A stretch of 64,000 bases of DNA from Patescibacteria group bacterium (lineage in GTDB: Bacteria; Patescibacteriota; Dojkabacteria; J137): assembly GCA_016861265.1 (NCBI GenBank), contig BOLA01000001.1, forward strand, positions 11,569 through 75,568. Reading direction: 5' to 3'. The position numbers and the translations under genes were made by a program. Every line of letters starts with the position of its first letter. Within the stretch, counting starts at the first letter, position 1. Shown here piece by piece: positions 28,914 through 37,827 of this stretch. Under the pieces are notes generated by a model. It saw nothing but the letters and a program-made list of their open reading frames with translations, had not been told where the DNA came from and did no database searches.

Positions 28914-29831
28914 TTAATTATTTAATGTTAGTGATCTAAATACTTCTTCAAGGTTTTGATTTACAATTTTTAATTCATAAATTTGCCAGTTATTCTCTTT
29001 AGCTCTGGTATTGATTTCTTCAATTATTTTTTCAACGTTACCACCTTTTATTTCAAATTGATGTTTACTATCTTTCGAGCCAATAAGTTTAACTTGAGTA
29101 GCGTTTATATTAATTGTTGGCTTCGATTTAGATTTTATGACTAATTCAATTGTAGTGTTTTTAAGCTGATCCTTGGCAAAATCTTCCTTGGATCCATCCT
29201 TGACCACTTCACCTTTATTAATAATTACAATTCTATTACACATTAACTCTACTTCTTGAAGAACGTGTGTAGAAATTATCACTGTTTTGTTCTTACCAAG
29301 CTCCATAATTAAGTTTCGAATTTCACCTCTTTGATTTGGATCTAAACCTTCTGTAGGTTCGTCTAATATTAGAATCTCTGGGTCAGAAACTAAAACTTGC
29401 GCTAATCCAACTCTTTGCTTATATCCTTTAGATAATTCCGATATTGGTTTGTAGAATACTTTTTCTAGACCTGTTGCTTTAACAACATAATCAATTCTTT
29501 CCTTATATTTATCCTTACTAACATTGTTTAGACTCAGTGAATACTCAATTGCTTCCTTAACAAGCATTTCTTTATATAGCGGATTGCTTTCAGGCATAAA
29601 ACCAATTCTTTTTTTCCCATAAGCAGGAAAATCTCTAATACTTTTGCCATTTATCAGTACGTCACCTTCGTCGGGAATTATTAGACCGGTGATTATCTTC
29701 ATGGTAGTACTCTTTCCGGCCCCATTCGGACCTAGTAAGCCTACAATTTGTCCCTTGTCTATATTTAAACTGAGATTATTTACTGCAGTATTTTGGTTAT
29801 ATTTTTTAGTTATATTTTTAATTTCGACCAT
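28914..29831 (-). CDS. ABC transporter ATP-binding protein (GldA-like)
   Basis: Walker A GPNGAGKST. ABC signature LSKGYKQRVGLAQ. Walker B ILILDEPTEGLD. H-loop STHVLQE. 1-nt gap to the permease gene. Confidence 0.85.
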   Translation of the reverse strand: MVEIKNITKKYNQNTAVNNLSLNIDKGQIVGLLGPNGAGKSTTMKIITGLIIPDEGDVLINGKSIRDFPAYGKKRIGFMPESNPLYKEMLVKEAIEYSLSLNNVSKDKYKERIDYVVKATGLEKVFYKPISELSKGYKQRVGLAQVLVSDPEILILDEPTEGLDPNQRGEIRNLIMELGKNKTVIISTHVLQEVELMCNRIVIINKGEVVKDGSKEDFAKDQLKNTTIELVIKSKSKPTININATQVKLIGSKDSKHQFEIKGGNVEKIIEEINTRAKENNWQIYELKIVNQNLEEVFRSLTLNN

Positions 29832-29949
29832 ATATTTTGTTTAATATAATTCAGTATAAATAAATTTAATTACAGTACTTTTACAAAGTCATAAAACTAT
29901 TTTATATCTGGTTATTCAATTTGTGCAAATAATATATACTTCCTTCAAT

Positions 29950-31746
29950 TTATTTACTCTTTAATTGCTTAGCCCGATTAATTAAATCTTCTATTTCCTT
30001 TAACCCATTGTCCCAGAACTCTTTTTTAGTAATATCAATTCCTAGATCAAGAAAAATATCTTTAGGTGATTTGCTTGTACCCGCACTCAAGAATTCTTTA
30101 ACTTTTATAATAAACTTTGGATCTTTTTTTACACTATTCTGTAATGATTTTGAAATTAGAAGACCGCTTGCGTAAGAATAAACATAAAAGTAAGTTCTAA
30201 TATGGGTCCAACTTACCCATTTATATTTTGTAGGTTTGTAATCAATTGCATCTCCGTATAAAGGAGCGAATGAGTTAAGGAAGATTTCGCTAATGTCCTC
30301 TTTGGATAAGTAACCATGTTCTCTAAATTTACTGTGTAAATTCTGTTCAAACATATAGCATGCTACCTGCATAAATATTGTTCCAATGTCGTCTTCAATT
30401 TTCTGCATTAGTAGAATAAACTTTTGTTCATCGTTAGAGTCTTTATAAATTTTCTGCCAGACAAAGTCTTCCATGAACGTACTGGCAACTTCTGCAGTAG
30501 AAAGAACTGTGCCATAATTAATCTCATTTTGTACTCTCATTAATTCATCGTTTATTCCGTGTCCCATTTCATGTGCCAGTGTTAAACAGTCTTGAATCTT
30601 TCCTGTAAAATTTAAAAGAATATAAACTGGGAGGTTCTTACTTACACTTGCACAGAATGCACCGTTCACTTTACCTTTTGCTGGATATACATCTACTCTT
30701 CCATCCTCAAAAAATTTTCTGTAGATTTGCTCGAATTCAGGGTCTAAATTCTTCATTACGTCTGCCACTAAATCAACTGCTTGGTCAAGTGTATACTCTT
30801 TAACATTATTTGGATCAACATTCTCATCTAAATATTCTAAACCCAATAATGCTTCGTGTGCCTTGAGTTGTTTTTTGTTAACAAGACCGGCTTTAAATCT
30901 AAAATAATCTTGAACCAGACCAAATTTCGAACTAACACTTTCTACCATAGCATTTACAACCTCGGTATCGATATCATCGGCTAAATGTCTGCTCGCTTCC
31001 GGTATTTCGTAACTTCTTAATTGATCAGAATTTCTTTTGTATTCCAAAATTGAATTAATTTCATTTTCCGCAAGAGGAGCCCATCTTTCTCTAATTTTCA
31101 ACAATGCTTCAAAAGCCGAATCTCTTACTGCTACGTTTCTAGTGTCTATCATTGGGCCAATTAACGAAACGGGTCTTTTTTCTATATTACCTTCTTCTGT
31201 AAGGACCTCTTCAGAATCATTTGCAATAAAAGATTCAACCATTTGACTCCAATTATACTTTGCTGGCTTGGACAGTAACGCAACAACCTTCTCTTGTTCT
31301 TCAGTAAGTAGATACTTAGACTCTTTGAATAGTCTTTCTAAGAAATGCTTATATTCAGCAAGTACGGGGGCATCTAGAAATGTATTCTGTGCAGATAACT
31401 CAATTTTTGAGAGCCTATGGGTAAAAAATTGAAGGTCATTTGCTAAATTTGTTGCAAATTCATCAATCTTATTAATGTGGGCTTTTATTGAAGGATCACC
31501 TTGTTGTAAGGCATCTTTTAGTTCAAAATAGAAACTTAGGCCTGAGTCAATTCCATACTTCTCACTTAGTGTAGAATACTCATCCAATGCCTTTTTAAGT
31601 GTATCAGGACTAGTTAAATACTCTGTATTGCTTAACCATTTTTCTATAAACTCCTGCCAAGCATTACGAACCTGTTTTTTTAAAGATTCTATATATTCAG
31701 GGTCCTCAGAAGTTAAAAGCAGTTGTAAATTCCATTTGGTGTTCAT
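29950..31746 (-). CDS. pepF: oligoendopeptidase F (M3B family)
   Basis: 598 aa. Zinc motif HEMGH (LAHEMGHGIND). Family-typical length and downstream Glu region. Confidence 0.85.
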   Translation of the reverse strand: MNTKWNLQLLLTSEDPEYIESLKKQVRNAWQEFIEKWLSNTEYLTSPDTLKKALDEYSTLSEKYGIDSGLSFYFELKDALQQGDPSIKAHINKIDEFATNLANDLQFFTHRLSKIELSAQNTFLDAPVLAEYKHFLERLFKESKYLLTEEQEKVVALLSKPAKYNWSQMVESFIANDSEEVLTEEGNIEKRPVSLIGPMIDTRNVAVRDSAFEALLKIRERWAPLAENEINSILEYKRNSDQLRSYEIPEASRHLADDIDTEVVNAMVESVSSKFGLVQDYFRFKAGLVNKKQLKAHEALLGLEYLDENVDPNNVKEYTLDQAVDLVADVMKNLDPEFEQIYRKFFEDGRVDVYPAKGKVNGAFCASVSKNLPVYILLNFTGKIQDCLTLAHEMGHGINDELMRVQNEINYGTVLSTAEVASTFMEDFVWQKIYKDSNDEQKFILLMQKIEDDIGTIFMQVACYMFEQNLHSKFREHGYLSKEDISEIFLNSFAPLYGDAIDYKPTKYKWVSWTHIRTYFYVYSYASGLLISKSLQNSVKKDPKFIIKVKEFLSAGTSKSPKDIFLDLGIDITKKEFWDNGLKEIEDLINRAKQLKSK

Positions 31747-31792
31747 AGCTAGTTTTAAAAAATACTATAAATATTACCATAGGAATGCTTTA

Positions 31793-31820
31793 TTGACTTA
31801 TGGGCTACTTTTGATATACT
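31793..31820 (+). promoter_or_regulatory. candidate sigma70-type promoter for tRNA-Gly (-35 TTGACT, 16-nt spacer, -10 TATACT)
   Basis: TTGACT at 31793-98 and TATACT at 31815-20. tRNA 5' end at 31841. Confidence 0.35.
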
Positions 31821-31840
31821 CTATGTGCTTTAGTATTGAC

Positions 31841-31912
31841 GCGGGTATAGTATATCGGTCATTATGTCAGTTTTCCAAACTGAAGAGGCGGGTTCGATTC
31901 CCGCTACCCGCT
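31841..31912 (+). tRNA. tRNA-Gly (anticodon UCC)
   Basis: GCGGGTATAGTATATCGGTCATTATGTCAGTTTTCCAAACTGAAGAGGCGGGTTCGATTCCCGCTACCCGCT. 7-bp acceptor stem. Anticodon stem TCAGT/ACTGA, loop TTTCCAA (anticodon TCC). T-arm GCGGG-TTCGATT-CCCGC. Confidence 0.85.
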
Positions 31913-31982
31913 TTTTTCTTCAAATATCCTTTCTGTGTACTTATAGTCGTTAGTATTGGTCTGATTGAATATATAAGGATTA

Positions 31983-32678
31983 GTGTATAATTTAGAAATG
32001 CAAATTACTGAACTTTTTCCAAGATTTGATAATCTTCACAAAATACATGGTAGTAAAAACTTAACTTCTATATACGGTGCTGGTGAAATAAATAATCCAA
32101 ATATTTGTCTTATTTTCATGAATCCTACTGCTAAGAATATAGCCTCCAGTCCTAATTGGCAGGGAATAAAAGCACCTTGGTTAGGAACAAAGAATGTATG
32201 GCGATTATTTAATAAGTTAGGGTTGTTTAAGGATGCTCAAATTTTAAAACAAATTGAAACAATTAAACCTAGTGAATGGACAAACGATTTTGCAGAAGAA
32301 GTTTACAATGAAGTTGCAAAGCAATCTATCTATATAACAAATATTGCCAAATGCACACAAGACGATGCTAAACACTTATCAGATTCTATCTATAAAGAAT
32401 ATTTACCACTAATGATTGAAGAAATAACCTATATAAAACCCAAACTAATTCTTGCACTGGGAAACCAAGTTAACTCAGTATTATTGGGCAGACCCGTATC
32501 AGTATCAAAATATACAACTGACGAATTTGAATATCTACCTATACCCAGTGGGGATCAAGTAAAAGTATATCCTTCTTATTATCCTGTAGGACAAGGCATG
32601 CGTAATATGTCGAAGGCAATATATAGAATTAATAAAGTTTTAGAGATAAGTAAAAATAGTTCCAACTCTACTCCCTAA
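31983..32678 (+). CDS. uracil-DNA glycosylase superfamily-like protein (tentative)
   Basis: 231 aa. Weak resemblance to UDG-superfamily motifs (YGAGEINNPNICLIFMNPTA region; C-terminal ...YPSYYPVGQG). The true start is probably the ATG at ~31998 (MQITELF). Low confidence on function. Confidence 0.4.
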   Translation: MYNLEMQITELFPRFDNLHKIHGSKNLTSIYGAGEINNPNICLIFMNPTAKNIASSPNWQGIKAPWLGTKNVWRLFNKLGLFKDAQILKQIETIKPSEWTNDFAEEVYNEVAKQSIYITNIAKCTQDDAKHLSDSIYKEYLPLMIEEITYIKPKLILALGNQVNSVLLGRPVSVSKYTTDEFEYLPIPSGDQVKVYPSYYPVGQGMRNMSKAIYRINKVLEISKNSSNSTP

Positions 32679-32692
32679 ACTGCGTTATTGCT

Positions 32693-33079
32693 TTATTGTA
32701 GCCTCTCTAAGACTCCTCTTTTTTTAACAATATTTTTATAATCCCACTGTATTTCTGAAGCCTTTTTAAGCCATCGCTTCAGATCCGATTCGTTAATTTG
32801 ACTAATATCTGTATACCTTATTTGTGCAGCCTTAAAAGTACCTTCTGCCTTTAAGTTCTCTTCGTTAAATGACTGTCCGCTTCAAAATAATAATTGAACG
32901 GAATCTTTTAAATTTGCATATCCTACAACGGGATTACCATCTATGAACCATACAGGGTTTCTATGCCAAATTTTACTTTCTGTAGATTTAAGGTTTTTAT
33001 CAATGAATGTTGCTAAAAAAGTACATATTGATTTTCTATCTTCTGCAAGCAAATTATTATATTCTTGTATATTATTCAT
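32693..33079 (-). pseudogene. DUF1801-family paralog interrupted by an in-frame TGA (65 aa + TGA + 67 aa)
   Basis: ORF 32882..33079 ends ...VQLLF*. The same frame continues SGQSFNEENLKAEGTFKAAQIRYTDISQINESDLKRWLKKASEIQWDYKNIVKKRGVLERLQ* to 32693. Combined length (~133 aa) matches the upstream paralog (135 aa). Confidence 0.5.
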
Positions 33080-33483
33080 AATGTAAGTGATCTTTTAATT
33101 AATTCTTTCAGTACTTCAACATTAACATCGCTTAGTCGTTTAATGTACAAACACCCCTTGCCGCAGCTATGAAGACCCATTTGATCCAATAAATCTTTAT
33201 AATTTTCTTCACCTCCCCTTAGTACATACAAGGTTAGATTTTGTTTTCTAGGCGAAAACCCTATTTTCATCCAATCGAGTTCCCTTCCACTTTCATAAAC
33301 TAAGTGTTCATTGCCGTACACTATAATTGAAGTTCCCCACATTACAGCTTTTTCACCCGTTAACTGTTGCATTATTTTATCTAGTTTTTTTGAATCATTT
33401 TTTTTGTTTTCATCTGTAATTGACTCCAGAAAATCATCTACATTTAGTAAAGTCGCTTTTGTCTTTAGTTCTGCAGTAGCCAT
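33076..33483 (-). CDS. DUF1801 (YdhG-like) family protein
   Basis: 135 aa. ...KAVMWGTSIIVYGNEHLVYESGRELDWMKIGFSPRKQNLTLYVLRG...GKGCLYIKRLSDVNVEVLKELI matches the DUF1801 pattern as recalled. ATGA overlap with the downstream paralog. Confidence 0.5.
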   Translation of the reverse strand: MATAELKTKATLLNVDDFLESITDENKKNDSKKLDKIMQQLTGEKAVMWGTSIIVYGNEHLVYESGRELDWMKIGFSPRKQNLTLYVLRGGEENYKDLLDQMGLHSCGKGCLYIKRLSDVNVEVLKELIKRSLTL

Positions 33484-34249
33484 GGTGTTAACTTTTAGAA
33501 TTTAAGTATCGTCTTAAATATTATAACAACAACATAACAACCATTGTCATGGAATTAAATAAATTTTATTAATTAAGAATGCCCAGGTATACGATGATTT
33601 ATCACTTATTCCATAACTTTAGCGTTCTAAATTCTGTTAAATTCTTTAATTAAATTTTATATACTGAAATATGGATTTCTATGTCTAAATTAAAGCAACT
33701 GTTATGTAAATTTAGAAAAATGTGAATATAAATTATAGAAAAAAGATTAAAAGCAATATCTTGAACTTAATTAAAATAAAAACTAAGTTGTTTTATTATC
33801 GATTCTTGATTGGAACAAGTCTTGATTTATTTTTTGAAAAAGAGGAACAGAAAGCCTTCGAATTTGAACACAATGTAGTTTCCTACTTTGCAGATGAAAT
33901 AAGGCCTACAAAAGCATCTAGAATAGTCAGATTCTTGGCAACGTTTCTTATAGCTGTACAGTTTTTAGTAGTGAGTGGTCTTTTATAAGCACCACTATCC
34001 GTAAATGCAGCAGCTAAAACATGGGATGGAGGTGGAGTTGATAATAACTGGAGCACTTGTGCAAATTGGAATCTAGATACTTGTCCGGAAAGCTTTATAA
34101 AAACAAAGATAAAAAAGGATGAACAAATTAGCATTGCAATCCCTTTAGATCCTTCTAAAGATTCAGTACACAAATCTTTCTTAAATTAACAATATTCAAT
34201 TTTAAAAGTCTGTGATAAATTAATACCGCAACCTATTAAATTTTTTCAT

Positions 34250-35392
34250 TTGTTTATGTTAGATCTTCAAACACTAGATTCAATTTTTGCGAGTAGAGAA
34301 ATTCCACCGTCAATAAGAATTAAAATTGAGGAATTAAGATCCTCTGAATATTTTAGTCTGTTCGATTCATCAGGTTACCAAGCATTATTAAGCATTATCT
34401 TATACGCGCTGGAAAATAGTTGGACCGAAGAACAAATTAATAAACTTCTATTTAATCCAGTTAAACCTAGTAAGGATCAAGTTGAAATATTCAGACAAAG
34501 GCACGAAGCAATTTACGCTGAACAAGCTCTAGGCCTAGCTCAAGATGTTGATCAATCCGCAGGACAATTTTTCTCAATTACAAGCGCAATGTATGCTGGG
34601 AAATCAACATTAGCTGCCGAAGTTTGCTCTAATCTTTCAGAGTTGGGCTACAGAGTAATTCCAATTGTTCCTAGTTTCATGGTGGAATCTGACGAAGAAG
34701 ACGAAGAATCAGGTGACTCCGATGGAATAGTAGAAAAGAAAGCCTTTATTACACTTAGAGGGCGAAAAGAACGAGAAGGCGAAATAGTTGGACCGGATGG
34801 CTTTACACGAATAGAAGCCTTGCCCTACTCAACAGAAAACTATTTAGCCTTCTTTGAAAGCTTAAATATTTCCCCTACAGAGAAGATTGTTATTCATTTT
34901 GATGAATTCTCGTTTATGGGAACTGAAGATATTTTAATTTTTAGGAATTATGTTCAACAAAACTATCCTAATGTAAAAGTATTGTTTGTGGGACTGAATA
35001 AAAATGCTTTGGGACAGGATTTGGCTGGCTATTTAGCTGTTCAAAATAATGTAGAAAGAGAAATACCCTGTCGATCTTTCGTTCCAAACATTCTTCAAGA
35101 TATTGATGAACTTTGTGAGCCGACAGGAACATATACATCCAGGTATGTTGTATTGCCAAGTGGTATGCATGTTTTAGATTGTGGATTTCTACCGGTTGTT
35201 GTTACAAAAGAATTTGCTAGACTTGTTTACTATACACCAAGTAATATGGAACATCACATGCACTATATTCTTCAGCAGATAGACCAAGATGCACTACTTG
35301 ATTCAATTGTTAATCCTTCTGAAGACCAGCAAAGTATTAGAAGTAATTTATTCCATACACTAAGGAGTGCGCCTGTTACTGCCGAAGCTTAA
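34250..35392 (+). CDS. thymidine-kinase-like (TK1-fold) P-loop protein with N- and C-terminal extensions (tentative)
   Basis: 380 aa. Walker A ITSAMYAGKSTL. Walker B-like IVIHFDEFSFM. Later block VKVLFVGLNKNALGQ and a Cys-containing C-terminal region parallel TK1 (GPMFSGKST ... IDEAQFF ... GLDGDF). The acidic insert ESDEEDEESGDSDG is unusual. Confidence 0.4.
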   Translation: MFMLDLQTLDSIFASREIPPSIRIKIEELRSSEYFSLFDSSGYQALLSIILYALENSWTEEQINKLLFNPVKPSKDQVEIFRQRHEAIYAEQALGLAQDVDQSAGQFFSITSAMYAGKSTLAAEVCSNLSELGYRVIPIVPSFMVESDEEDEESGDSDGIVEKKAFITLRGRKEREGEIVGPDGFTRIEALPYSTENYLAFFESLNISPTEKIVIHFDEFSFMGTEDILIFRNYVQQNYPNVKVLFVGLNKNALGQDLAGYLAVQNNVEREIPCRSFVPNILQDIDELCEPTGTYTSRYVVLPSGMHVLDCGFLPVVVTKEFARLVYYTPSNMEHHMHYILQQIDQDALLDSIVNPSEDQQSIRSNLFHTLRSAPVTAEA

Positions 35393-35427
35393 ATAGTAAA
35401 ATATACTATTAGATTTTATTATATCTT

Positions 35428-35817
35428 ATGGCATATAATTCACTAACAAAAGAAGAGGAAGATGTAATTGTTAACAAAGGTACTGAGTACCCTTTTACAG
35501 GTGAATACGATAACTTTTATCTGCCAGGAACATTCATTTGTAGAAGATGCAATCTGCCGCTTTTTTCCTCAAAATCTAAATTTGATGCTCACTGCGGTTG
35601 GCCAGCCTTTGATGATAATTTTCCAAATGCATTAAAAAGACTTCCAGATCCCGATGGAGTTAGAACAGAAATAGAATGTAGTAATTGTGGAGCGCATTTA
35701 GGCCATGAATTTATTGGAGAAAACTTAACAGATAAGAATGTACGTGAATGTGTAAATTCAGTTTCTATTAAATTTATACCCCAGTCCCAGGATTTACCAC
35801 AAGTACTTACCGCTTAA
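35428..35817 (+). CDS. msrB: peptide-methionine (R)-S-oxide reductase
   Basis: 129 aa. Zn CxxC pairs (CRRCNLPL...; ECSNCGAHLGHEF). Catalytic region AHCGWPAF. Confidence 0.9.
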   Translation: MAYNSLTKEEEDVIVNKGTEYPFTGEYDNFYLPGTFICRRCNLPLFSSKSKFDAHCGWPAFDDNFPNALKRLPDPDGVRTEIECSNCGAHLGHEFIGENLTDKNVRECVNSVSIKFIPQSQDLPQVLTA

Positions 35818-36185
35818 TTTAACTGAGTACCGTCAGGGCAAAGTTTAAACTGACAATTTCTAGAGGATTCTCTTCCTACTTCTGTACCATCTGAGCATGT
35901 TTTTACTTCTTGAGTACAGACTGTTGAGTCAGATGTTTCAGAAGTATTAGTACTATCTGTAGGGCATTCGTAGAAATCACATCCATTTGTTGTGTCTCTC
36001 ACCACTATGTTTCCATCAGGGCATATTTTTGTATCTAGCTCACAAGTAACCACTTCAGAGAAGTCACTAACTTGAATTAAGTCAGTTCGAACTGGATTCA
36101 TAGACTGAATAAGTGCATAGGCACCCACACCTAAAGCTACCAAAATTAATATACCTGCTACGATTAAAATATTTCTTCTACTCAT
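35814..36185 (-). CDS. small N-terminally anchored Cys-rich protein with two internal CxnC-PDG repeats (123 aa)
   Basis: TM helix ILIVAGILILVALGVGAYALI. Repeat 1 VVTCELDTKICPDGNIVVRDTTNGCDFYECP. Repeat 2 STVCTQEVKTCSDGTEVGRESSRNCQFKLCPDG. Eight Cys in total. Confidence 0.5.
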   Translation of the reverse strand: MSRRNILIVAGILILVALGVGAYALIQSMNPVRTDLIQVSDFSEVVTCELDTKICPDGNIVVRDTTNGCDFYECPTDSTNTSETSDSTVCTQEVKTCSDGTEVGRESSRNCQFKLCPDGTQLN

Positions 36186-36250
36186 CTATGAATTATTAAT
36201 AATTACTTAAAGTTATTATATACAATTACAAAACGGATTTGTACAAATTT

Positions 36251-36898
36251 TTATATAGTACTAATCCCCATAAGTACTAATGCCCCTACAATACTTAATA
36301 TTAACCCTAAGATCATATTGTATAAAGATATTCGTTTGTTTCTATAAACAAAAAATGGAATTGATAGTGCAACTAAAATTAAAATTGATAGTATTAAAAA
36401 AGGAATAAAATTACTGCTATTAGTCGATAAATATGGAAGCAATTGTATTAACGAAATAATACTTTCAGTAATAATAATTACCATTGGTACTGTTACAGCT
36501 ATCATTCTCTTTTTAATATCTCTAGAGTGTTTTGCTATCATTCCAGATAGCCCACACAATGCACCTACAAATAATGCAATAAACATCCAGCTTAATGAAG
36601 TCGCAACCAGTGTAATTACTGGAACCTCACTTCTATCTCCCCAAAAATAACCAAAAATATAATATCCAAGAATTGAAAGTACTAAAAAACTTATGGGTAC
36701 TATAATGGCATATCTTCTTGATTTAAAGTTAGTTCCCACGGCAAATGCGGATAGACACCACACTGAAGCAGTATTAAGAAATCCACCTACTATAAAAAAT
36801 GCGCTTCCGAATGGTAGTATATCCCCTATCGACGAAGTTATTCCCAGGAATAACCCAAGGGCTAATATTATTAATACTTTTGAATGCCTCTTATTCAT
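36251..36898 (-). CDS. hypothetical integral membrane protein (215 aa, ~6 TM)
   Basis: ORF track. Continuous hydrophobic helices. No family recognised. Confidence 0.5.
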   Translation of the reverse strand: MNKRHSKVLIILALGLFLGITSSIGDILPFGSAFFIVGGFLNTASVWCLSAFAVGTNFKSRRYAIIVPISFLVLSILGYYIFGYFWGDRSEVPVITLVATSLSWMFIALFVGALCGLSGMIAKHSRDIKKRMIAVTVPMVIIITESIISLIQLLPYLSTNSSNFIPFLILSILILVALSIPFFVYRNKRISLYNMILGLILSIVGALVLMGISTI

Positions 36899-36974
36899 AA
36901 TTCTAATTTAATATATTTGATTATACATAAATATATCTAAGAATTAACTCGGAATCAGTAACCAATAGCCAATT

Positions 36975-37745
36975 TTATTCGAATAAGGTTAATGCAAACA
37001 TAATTGCAACACCAACAATGAATGCAGTTATTTCAATAACATATTTTTTTACCCCAGCCTTTTTATGTATAACCGGTAGTAAGTCTGCCAATGCAATATA
37101 TATAAATTGACCAATTGCCAATGGTATTAAAAATTTCTCAATGGAGCTGTCTAAACTTCTTAGTATAAATACCAAAATCACCCCTATAATTGAGGTTAGT
37201 GCTGTTATAAAGTTTACTAATAGAATCTTGGATTTTGACCAACCTGAGTAGGCCATAACAGAAACATCTGCAAGTTCTTGGGGTATTTCATGGAGAATCA
37301 CAGCTATTGTTGTGGCAATTCCAACTTCTGGACTTATTAAAAAGCTTGCACCTATTGCTAGGCCATCTAAAAGATTGTGTATTGCATCTCCAAAGGTGTT
37401 TAATTTACCCAGATGAGAATGTCCCTTATGACTATGGGTATTTTCGTTTGCAATAACCTCAATTTCTTGTTCTGAATCGTGGCTGCAGTGTAAATAAGCT
37501 TCTACTACAAACATAATAATTATGCCTATTATTATTCCCGCAATTGTGCTCATATCGTATCCATAGTTTTCTATATGATCTGGCAGCATATGTATAAATA
37601 CATCTCCAATAAGTGTTCCAGCAGCAAATGAGATTAATGAGGTAATAAAAAAGCCTTTATATATTTTATCTACTAAAATAATAATTCCTATAAAGGATAT
37701 TAGACTAACTGCAATTGATGCAATTATGGGCAGGACAAATTCCAT
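36975..37745 (-). CDS. ZIP-family divalent metal (zinc) transporter, ZupT-like
   Basis: 256 aa. 8 TM. His-rich loop HSHKGHSHLG. ZIP signature HEIPQELADV in TM4-5. Confidence 0.8.
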   Translation of the reverse strand: MEFVLPIIASIAVSLISFIGIIILVDKIYKGFFITSLISFAAGTLIGDVFIHMLPDHIENYGYDMSTIAGIIIGIIIMFVVEAYLHCSHDSEQEIEVIANENTHSHKGHSHLGKLNTFGDAIHNLLDGLAIGASFLISPEVGIATTIAVILHEIPQELADVSVMAYSGWSKSKILLVNFITALTSIIGVILVFILRSLDSSIEKFLIPLAIGQFIYIALADLLPVIHKKAGVKKYVIEITAFIVGVAIMFALTLFE

Positions 37746-37827
37746 AGCTAGACTTAAAAATTAGATATAGGATTTTAAACTACTTAATTGACTAATGCAA
37801 CAGTGTCGCATTATAATTTGTTTAATA

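Noticed and set aside
31628-31990. 120-aa ORF overlapping tRNA-Gly
   Set aside because: It spans the tRNA gene and its promoter and translates the tRNA sequence itself. It is not a plausible CDS.
33722-34173. 88-aa (+) and 96-aa (-) ORFs in the AT-rich gene-poor stretch as real genes
   Set aside because: They have low-complexity Lys/Ile/Phe-rich translations, overlap each other on opposite strands, and lack RBS context. They are treated as decayed or non-coding sequence (see the finding on the PATR-like fragment).
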